A stretch of 23,708 bases of DNA, from positions 1 through 23,708 of the forward strand of contig JBHLLU010000060.1 in assembly GCA_048938895.1 (NCBI GenBank), given 5' to 3'. The first letter of the stretch is position 1; each line of letters opens with the position of its first letter. The position numbers and the translations under genes are program-made. This DNA is from Promethearchaeota archaeon. GTDB taxonomy: Archaea > Asgardarchaeota > Lokiarchaeia > Sigyniarchaeales > SOKP01. The notes beneath the pieces are model-generated. The model searched no databases, was not told the DNA's origin, and saw nothing but the letters and a program-made list of their open reading frames with translations. Of this stretch, positions 1 through 6,764 are shown piece by piece.

Positions 1-343
1 GAAAATACACATTTTGTCGTATGGTAAATGAAATTTCTTGTGGACCATTCCATATCCAATCTTCAGCGAGTTTTGGTATAATCGTATAATCAGGATGAGT
101 CGTATAATCATAATCAACTAATCCTTCAGCAACCTGATGTTCGGCGACGTGTGAAGGAACATCCCAGGTATCAAGAGGATCAATTGCAGCTAAATTTGAT
201 CCATATCCTACAACTATGGTACTTCCTTTTTCAGGTGGTCTTATTAATCCCGTTGATGCAGCAAGAATAACATTCCCTATTCCTGAAGCGGCAAGTATAA
301 CGGCTAATATAATAATGGCTAAATTTTTCTTTTCTAATTCCAT
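1..343 (-). CDS. ABC transporter substrate-binding protein, family 5 (OppA/DppA-like), 5' part; runs off the window edge
   Basis: Not in the ORF track. Manual translation from ATG at 343 gives MELEKKNLAIIILAVILAASGIGNVILAAS...IDPLDTWDVPS...QVAEGLVDYD...IIPKLAEDWIWNGPQEISFTIRQNVYF: an N-terminal membrane anchor followed by SBP_bac_5-like motifs (DP, EGLV, P.LAE.W, F.IR.NV.F). No stop codon before base 1. Confidence 0.85.
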   Translation of the reverse strand, partial: MELEKKNLAIIILAVILAASGIGNVILAASTGLIRPPEKGSTIVVGYGSNLAAIDPLDTWDVPSHVAEHQVAEGLVDYDYTTHPDYTIIPKLAEDWIWNGPQEISFTIRQNVYF

Positions 344-509
344 ATTTGTTTCACTTGGTTATTTTATTATTTTATTCAAATATCTTATTTTTTTATTGTA
401 AAAAATCGCTGATTTTTACAAAGTTTGTTTATCTAAATTATAGATGATTTATAACAGGAAAATCTTTATTTAAATATTTATTAAATTGGTTTGTGACGAC
501 AAGCTTTCC

Positions 510-565
510 CTACATTTCAAGATATTAAAAGAGAATTGGTTTTTTCTACATTTCAAGATATTAAA
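510..565. repeat. Two perfect 20-bp direct repeats CTACATTTCAAGATATTAAA (36-bp period)
   Basis: Identical copies at 510-529 and 546-565 with a 16-nt spacer. A degenerate third copy (cacatttcacaatatt) lies at 1117-1132 and an inverted core (gaaatgtag) at 628-636. Confidence 0.9.
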
Positions 566-633
566 GAAAAGTGTGTTTTTCCCGCATTATTCCCACTTGT
601 CGTAATATTATAAAATAAGGAGCTATGGAAATG

Positions 634-681
634 TAGAATTCTCCTAGAAGTAAGACTTCTAGGAGTTAATTCTAGTTTTTT
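634..681 (+). other. Stem-loop (11-bp perfect stem plus 7-bp extension) followed by a T-tract; terminator-like
   Basis: ctcctagaagt (641-651) / aag loop / acttctaggag (655-665). tagaatt (634-640) pairs with aattcta (668-674) across a 2-nt bulge. T6 at 676-681. Confidence 0.6.
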
Positions 682-1331
682 CAATATGGAAATGGTTTTT
701 AAGAAAAAGAGTTGATAAAAAAATACGCATAAATATTTTTGTATTAATGAAGTTTGAATATTAGAAGTGACATCCATGATGATAACCATCTTTTTTTTCA
801 TTCTTAATGATTCTCTCCATATGATTAATATATAATAATCTATTCCAATGATATCTGCCTTTATCAAAGAATTGCCTGTATTCGTGGATTTCTACAGAAG
901 TACCTTCTTAAAGTACTTCGTTTTTAACTCTCCCTTCAAAGCTAATTCATTATTTCTTGTGTTAACCGACTTAAAATTTAATTTAATATTTAATATTCGA
1001 TCAATTTATGTTATGTTTTATATCACTGAAAGTATTAATTTAAATCTTCCGTGTAGCAAGTATTGAAAATATAATTTTAGTTCACATCAAAATATTATGG
1101 GAAAACATATTATTTTCACATTTCACAATATTCCCATTTTATTCCCAAAATTTGATTTTTAATCTTATTTCTGGATTAATAGATCTATCTAAGATTATTG
1201 GTTATATGATGTGATTCTAATTTCGAAATCGTTTAATTTTTAATTCAGTATTATATTATTATAATAAAAAAATGAATAAAATTCTGAAATTTTAAACTTT
1301 TATTCATTAGAAAGAATAATAGAGTGATTAT

Positions 1332-1619
1332 ATGACTCATCAAGAAGATGGAGTACATTGTATTGTTTGTGGAAAAGACCAATTCTCCCTAGCTCATGAT
1401 GAATGGATGAGGAGGGCTTTTCCGTTTGTAGAGCAAGGTCAGTTAAAAATGTGTGCAGGATGTGGTGCAAAATTCCTTGTTTGTGCTAATTGTGGGGGCT
1501 TATATTGTCGTATACACCCTGCCCTTGAGAGTTGGGAACTTCCGGATAAGTGTCCTAAATGTGGATGGGTTAACGAAAGTGTGAGAGCTTGGGATGGTAC
1601 ATCTGCTCGCCATTTTTAA
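1332..1619 (+). CDS. Small zinc-ribbon protein with four CxxC pairs (double zinc-finger-like)
   Basis: CIVC, CAGC, CANC and CPKC(GW) plus an extra C/H (YCRIH). GAGTGA RBS-like motif just upstream of the ATG; T-rich tract downstream. Confidence 0.8.
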   Translation: MTHQEDGVHCIVCGKDQFSLAHDEWMRRAFPFVEQGQLKMCAGCGAKFLVCANCGGLYCRIHPALESWELPDKCPKCGWVNESVRAWDGTSARHF

Positions 1620-1802
1620 AAGTCCTTTTTGACAATACTAATTTAATTCTATCTTTTTTTAAAATGCCATTGTTTTAATTAAAAGATGAATTAATAATCA
1701 TCTCATTTGTTATTTTATTAACTTTAAGTCAAGAAACTTTAAATTTTAGAATAGCAATAATTATTTTAATAAGGAACGATATGTCATTTGCGATGAATTA
1801 GC

Positions 1803-2270
1803 ATGAGTTATAATATAAGAGTGGAAATAGCTGATCCCGCACAGATTGATGAATTACAGGAGCTAACTAAACAATTAGTTGAAGGATTAGGACAGAAATT
1901 TGATCCCAAGCGTTTTGATTGGGGAATTCGACGTCGTCTTTTTGATCCTCTTCAACGTCATGGGATTCTTATTGCTATTGATGAGGATGAAAGTTCAATA
2001 GTTGGAATGATCATAGCTGAACTTCGGATTGATCCCTTAGGATCATCGGAAGGATATATTAAGCAATTTTTCTTAAAAGAGAAATATCGGAGTAGGGGGA
2101 CTGGACAACTTCTATTAGAAAAAGCATTAGAACATCTAAAAAGAATTAAGGTAGAGAAAGTAAAAGTAAATATAAAAGAAAGAGCTGTTGAAGCCTTGAA
2201 TTTGTATGAAAAGATGAACTTCAAAAAAGTGTATGAGGTTTTAGAGTTAGACTTAACACGGGAGAGCTGA
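1803..2270 (+). CDS. GNAT family N-acetyltransferase
   Basis: Acetyl-CoA-binding motif A YRSRGTGQLLL; C-terminal A..LYEKMNF motif; 155 aa. Confidence 0.85.
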   Translation: MSYNIRVEIADPAQIDELQELTKQLVEGLGQKFDPKRFDWGIRRRLFDPLQRHGILIAIDEDESSIVGMIIAELRIDPLGSSEGYIKQFFLKEKYRSRGTGQLLLEKALEHLKRIKVEKVKVNIKERAVEALNLYEKMNFKKVYEVLELDLTRES

Positions 2271-2294
2271 AAGTACAACTTCTTGTTTAGAAAA

Positions 2295-3263
2295 ATGAGT
2301 ATAGAAATCCCCTGGGTTGAAAAATACCGTCCAAAGGACTTTAATGATATAGTGAGTCAAAATGTTGCAATAAATAATATAAGGGAGTTTATTAAAAATC
2401 CTAACATGCCTCACATGATTTTCACTGGGCCTGCAGGGACGGGAAAGACCAGCACTGCTTTATTAATCGTCCAAAAATACCTCAAGAATGAAGAATTAAG
2501 CACGAACCTCTTAGAAGTAAATGCTTCTGATACTGTAAGAATCGATTTTGTTAGAAATGTATTAAAAAACTTTGTAAGTCAGAATATTATTAAAGAAGGT
2601 TCCCTAAAATTTGTAATATTAGATGAAGCAGATAATATTCCTGGTCAAGTCCAACAAGCCCTCAGAAGAATTATCGAAAAAGCATCAATTAATATTAAAT
2701 TTATCCTGTTATGCAATTATATAAATAGAATAATAGATCCGATCATATCTCGATGTGCCGTGTTTAGATTCATAAAGTTACCACAAGAAAAAATTGTAGA
2801 TAGACTAAAATATATTGTTAATAAAGAAGAAATTCAAATCCCTAAAGAGGCATCAGAAAAATTTTATGATCTTTTATATTTTATTTCTGGAGGAGATTTA
2901 AGAAAAGCGATTAATACTCTTCAAATGGCTGTTGCTCTAGAACTTATAAAGAATTTAAATTTAAGTGAAATTCTTGAAATTAGTGGATTCATGGGTGAAA
3001 AGACATTAGATGCTTTAATGAATGCATTGAAGAGTAAAGATTTTATGAAAGCAAAACAAATATTAGATTCAATGGTAACTCTTGACAGTCGGAGTTTTAT
3101 CAGGCAAATTATCGAGATTTTGACAGAAATAGATATTGAATCAAATAATATCCCATCGTTAAAATCATTTATCGGAGAGATAGACTATAAAATAAGTCAG
3201 GGAGCTAATGAACAAATTCAAATCTCAGCACTTTTAGCAAAAATAATAGAAAATATTCAGTAG
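2295..3263 (+). CDS. rfcS: Replication factor C small subunit (clamp loader), canonical
   Basis: PWVEKYRP, Walker A GPAGTGKT, LEVNASD, Walker B ILDEAD, QQALRR, SRC arginine finger, sensor-2 GDLRKAIN. ATG 2295 preferred over TTG 2283. Confidence 0.95.
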   Translation: MSIEIPWVEKYRPKDFNDIVSQNVAINNIREFIKNPNMPHMIFTGPAGTGKTSTALLIVQKYLKNEELSTNLLEVNASDTVRIDFVRNVLKNFVSQNIIKEGSLKFVILDEADNIPGQVQQALRRIIEKASINIKFILLCNYINRIIDPIISRCAVFRFIKLPQEKIVDRLKYIVNKEEIQIPKEASEKFYDLLYFISGGDLRKAINTLQMAVALELIKNLNLSEILEISGFMGEKTLDALMNALKSKDFMKAKQILDSMVTLDSRSFIRQIIEILTEIDIESNNIPSLKSFIGEIDYKISQGANEQIQISALLAKIIENIQ

Positions 3264-3277
3264 GAAGGATTAAAAAT

Positions 3278-4324
3278 TTGAGTGAAGAAATCCCTATATG
3301 GAGAATTAAGTATTACCCCCAGACTTTAGACCGAATATGTGGTCGTTCTGTGATAAAAAAAACCTTACAGAATTACATTTCTCAGCGAAATTTTCCACAT
3401 TTACTTTTTGTTGGAGCTGATGGGATCGGGAAATCAACGCTCGCCATATTGTTTGCAAAAGAATTTCTAAGGAAAGAATTTGATGCTAACTTTAAACTAA
3501 TATATGCTGATATTCCTTTAAGTGAAGAAGAAAGAAAAGTAGCTCGATCAGAAGCATATATATCAACAAGTAAAATCGGAAGCATCGCTGGAAGAAGAAT
3601 CACCACCCCTGCTTTTATCCAAGTTAAAGTAAAACCATTTATTCAATTGAAAGTATTAGGAGATGCACCTTTTAAAATTTTAGTAGTGAAGAATTTCGAA
3701 TCTATAGGCAATAATCAACAAGGATTTAGGAGATTAATGGAGATTTATGGCTCAAATTGTAGAATGATATTAATAACCACAAAAATCTCGAGTATCATAG
3801 ACCCGATCATAAGTAGATGCCAAATATTATTAATTCCTCGAGTCAAATTCGATAGCTTCAGAAATTTAATAAGTTCTATTGCCGATTCAGAATCAATTGA
3901 GATTTCTTCTGAAAGTATTGCTACATTATACAAAATTTCTGAAGGAAAAATTTTTCAAGCGATAGATATTCTCCAGTTAAGTAGTATTTCAGGAAATCAG
4001 ATCGATGAGAATATTTTATATGAAAATGCTCAAAGATTTCAAAATGACCTTATAAGGAGTCTTTTACTAATTTCTCTAAAAGGTGATTTTCCAAAATCAA
4101 GAGAGTTAGCCCGTAAGATTATCTCAAATTATAAGTATACTACTCATGAATTATTTAAACTACTCCTAAATGAAATTAATAAATTACCTTTAAGTATGTA
4201 TGTGAGAAGTGAATTGATCAATTTTATAGCTGAAGCTGATTTTCGAGCAGTTGATGGTCGAGACAGTGATATTCAAATCTCTTCTCTATTATCAAAAATC
4301 TGTTTATTTAGTCAGTATCTGTAG
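3278..4324 (+). CDS. Replication factor C small subunit 2 (divergent, predicted ATPase-inactive)
   Basis: WRIKYYP (variant of WVEKYRP), PHLLFVGADGIGKS Walker A, an insertion after box IV, Walker B changed to ILVVKNFE, QQGFRRLME, IISRC retained, sensor-2 GDLR changed to GKIF. C-terminal collar AEADFRAVDGRDSDIQISSLL. TTG start. Confidence 0.88.
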   Translation: MSEEIPIWRIKYYPQTLDRICGRSVIKKTLQNYISQRNFPHLLFVGADGIGKSTLAILFAKEFLRKEFDANFKLIYADIPLSEEERKVARSEAYISTSKIGSIAGRRITTPAFIQVKVKPFIQLKVLGDAPFKILVVKNFESIGNNQQGFRRLMEIYGSNCRMILITTKISSIIDPIISRCQILLIPRVKFDSFRNLISSIADSESIEISSESIATLYKISEGKIFQAIDILQLSSISGNQIDENILYENAQRFQNDLIRSLLLISLKGDFPKSRELARKIISNYKYTTHELFKLLLNEINKLPLSMYVRSELINFIAEADFRAVDGRDSDIQISSLLSKICLFSQYL

Positions 4325-5686
4325 GTGATTAAAATTTCTAAAAAAGTTGAAATGCCATGGGTGGAGAAATATCGTCCTAAAAACCTAAAAGACATGGCTT
4401 TGCCTACTGCAAGAGCAAATGGGCAAAGAGTAAAAATTGATGAGGAATTAACTGCTTTTATTAAGGATTTTTTTATCGAAAGGAAAAGAATTAATACAGA
4501 AAATGCAAAGATAAAAGAATACAATAAAAGTGTTATCGAAAAGGAACAACGGGATTATTTACAAATTGAGACTTCTAAAACAGCTATTTTATTGGAAGGT
4601 CCTCCAGGAATTGGAAAAACATCAATAGTATTTGCACTTGCTAATGATTTTAACATGGAAGTTGTAGAAACTAATGCATCTGATACAAGAACTAGGAAGA
4701 CTTTAGAAAATAGACTAAAGGAAACCTCTAAATCGCGAGGAATAATGGATTTTATTACTGAATCTAAAGAAAAACTTATTCTAATTGATGAAGTTGACGG
4801 TATTTACGGCGTTCAAGATAGAGGTGCTGTACCAACTATTATTGAATTAGTACAGAACACTCAATTTCCAATTGTATTGTGTTCTAACGAATATAAAACA
4901 AATCTTCAACCACTTTATAATATAATCCGTAGATTTGAAGTCCACCCCTTACCCAATAAAGAAGTTTTAAGGATTGCTAAGAACATACTTAAAAAAGAAA
5001 ATATAACTCAACTAAAAGAAGAGGATTTAGAATTAATAGTAGACAAGAATAATGGAGATTTAAGGGGAGTCATTAATGATATTCAAGGTATTAGTCAAGG
5101 TAAGGTGGAGGGTGATGTTAAAGAATTCATACTTAGTTTACGGAGGGATTCTCTCGAAGAAATTTTTACATTAGTGAGAGACTTGTTTCAGGTTACTTCT
5201 TTGAGAGAAGCTCGAAATCTTACAGATAAATCTGATGTTGATTATAATTTTTTATATAAATGGATCAATGAAAATCTTCCGACATTTATAAAATCTAACA
5301 GAGAGCTAGTAAATGCTTTTGAAAATCTTTCATTAGCAGATGAAATCTTTGGTAGGATCCAAATTAATCAATATTGGGAATTATTACCGTATTTTTTTGA
5401 TCTATTTGCAGGGGGTGTTGCATTATCCAGGACAGAAACGCCTGAAGCAAAAGGTTTTAGAAGAGTTGTCTTCCCACGATATCCTACAGGTAGTTATTTT
5501 TCATTAACAAGTACACAAAAAGAATTTGTTGAAAAAATTAATAAATCATATGAGATATCTCAGATCGATTTCATACAGAATTTACTCCCTTTTTTAAAGA
5601 TTTTATGTGGGTCTTCAAGAAAGCAACTCAAAAATATTAGTGATTGGTTAGATCTCGATGCTAAACAAAAAAAAATGTTGAAATAA
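4325..5686 (+). CDS. rfcL: Replication factor C large subunit
   Basis: MPWVEKYRPK, GPPGIGKTS, ETNASDTR, LILIDEVDGI, DRG, GDLRGVINDIQ, WINEN, LSLADEIFGRI...QYWELLPY (RFC-L C-terminal domain). Start uncertain (GTG 4325 or ATG 4352). Confidence 0.93.
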   Translation: MIKISKKVEMPWVEKYRPKNLKDMALPTARANGQRVKIDEELTAFIKDFFIERKRINTENAKIKEYNKSVIEKEQRDYLQIETSKTAILLEGPPGIGKTSIVFALANDFNMEVVETNASDTRTRKTLENRLKETSKSRGIMDFITESKEKLILIDEVDGIYGVQDRGAVPTIIELVQNTQFPIVLCSNEYKTNLQPLYNIIRRFEVHPLPNKEVLRIAKNILKKENITQLKEEDLELIVDKNNGDLRGVINDIQGISQGKVEGDVKEFILSLRRDSLEEIFTLVRDLFQVTSLREARNLTDKSDVDYNFLYKWINENLPTFIKSNRELVNAFENLSLADEIFGRIQINQYWELLPYFFDLFAGGVALSRTETPEAKGFRRVVFPRYPTGSYFSLTSTQKEFVEKINKSYEISQIDFIQNLLPFLKILCGSSRKQLKNISDWLDLDAKQKKMLK

Positions 5687-5693
5687 AATTTTT

Positions 5694-6086
5694 TTAATTT
5701 GCACGATATTTGGCAAGTTGTTCCACATAGATCTGCCATGCTTCATCGTAAGCTTTATCAATTAGCTCTTTGTGTTTCTCTGGATAAGCTAAAAGTTTTT
5801 TCATTCGTTCTTTTCCATAATCGGTTATTTCTTTTGCAACTCTAAGTTTTTCTTCCATTGGAAGGGAACTGATGCTTGCTGCTTTTTCATGATTTTTCTG
5901 TTGCCAATCCCTCATGGTAAACATGGCATTACCTTGTATTGCCATTGAAGACAATGGTAATCTTTCGGCTAAAATATCTGATAATAGTTTAATACTTCTT
6001 TGTTGCTCTGGTGAGAGTGTAACAGTACGATAATCTTCTTCTAGTTCAGATTGTACTGTAGGTTTGAATTCTATTTTTTCTCCCAT
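5694..6086 (-). CDS. Hypothetical protein, predicted all-alpha (130 aa)
   Basis: Open frame with protein-like composition. The GTG at 6095 is probably part of an RBS-like GTGA motif 5 nt before ATG 6086. Converges on rfcL with a 7-nt gap. Confidence 0.7.
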   Translation of the reverse strand: MGEKIEFKPTVQSELEEDYRTVTLSPEQQRSIKLLSDILAERLPLSSMAIQGNAMFTMRDWQQKNHEKAASISSLPMEEKLRVAKEITDYGKERMKKLLAYPEKHKELIDKAYDEAWQIYVEQLAKYRAN

Positions 6087-6215
6087 TAAAATCACTGAAA
6101 TAGTTATAAGAGAAATTATATTTCAGCATTTCGAGTATTTAATATTATGTGATTATTTCGGCAATAAAAATCGAAACAAAAAGGATTAAATAAAATAAAT
6201 TATGTATACTATTTC

Positions 6216-6737
6216 TTGTATAAGAGAATCATAGTCTACAGAAGTGAAAATTTACTGAAAAGAAAAAATATTATAATAGTAAATGCGAGCATTACTGATA
6301 AGGAGCAATTGGCAGAAACTTTCCAACATTTTAAAAATAAAAAGTTAATGATGAAAAGAGCTGAATGTTATCTCTCCCACAATAATACTGTTTGTGCTAA
6401 AGATGGAAATAAAATCATAGGGAAAATGTTATGGCACATCAAACAAGATCCTAACGTTGGTGTAGCTGAATTCGAAGAACTATATGTTCTTAAGGAATAT
6501 CGAGGAAAGGAAATAGGATCAGAACTTATTAAATTTTCTATAGAAGCGGTTCAAAGATATTTTGAAGAACTTGGAATAAATGCAAAACGTATATATCTAT
6601 TTACGAATGAAGGGAACCAAAGTGCAAGAAACCTATATGAAAAATTTAGATTTAAATATACCGCAAATCTAGGTCATTTATTTTCTGAAAATGAAAATGA
6701 ATTATTTTATATGCTAGATTTAACAAAATATAAATAA
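6216..6737 (+). CDS. GNAT family N-acetyltransferase
   Basis: EFEELYVLKEYRGKEIGSELI (motif A) and NEGNQSARNLYEKFRF (motif B). True start uncertain. Confidence 0.85.
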   Translation: MYKRIIVYRSENLLKRKNIIIVNASITDKEQLAETFQHFKNKKLMMKRAECYLSHNNTVCAKDGNKIIGKMLWHIKQDPNVGVAEFEELYVLKEYRGKEIGSELIKFSIEAVQRYFEELGINAKRIYLFTNEGNQSARNLYEKFRFKYTANLGHLFSENENELFYMLDLTKYK

Positions 6738-6764
6738 GATCCTAATTCTTTTGGTGATTTTAAA

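Noticed and set aside
216-401. 61-aa + strand ORF
   Set aside because: Antisense shadow of the substrate-binding protein gene on the - strand.
510-565. CRISPR array
   Set aside because: Only two 20-bp copies with a 16-nt spacer, and no cas genes in the window.
553-1066. ORFs 553..867 (-) and 848..1066 (+)
   Set aside because: Composition typical of AT-rich non-coding DNA (I/F/L/K/N-rich), no motifs, and they run through the repeats and hairpins.
2268-2270. Selenocysteine codon
   Set aside because: The TGA falls after a complete GNAT domain at no recognisable Cys-equivalent position, and no SECIS could be identified by eye.
3278-4324. Pseudogene interpretation of the degenerate RFC small subunit
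   Set aside because: Full-length open frame with SRC and collar domain retained; losses are confined to its own ATP-hydrolysis residues, which points to specialisation.
2295-5686. Inteins in the RFC subunits (common in archaeal rfc genes)
   Set aside because: Lengths are normal and there are no C...HN splice junctions or LAGLIDADG motifs; the insertions are short.
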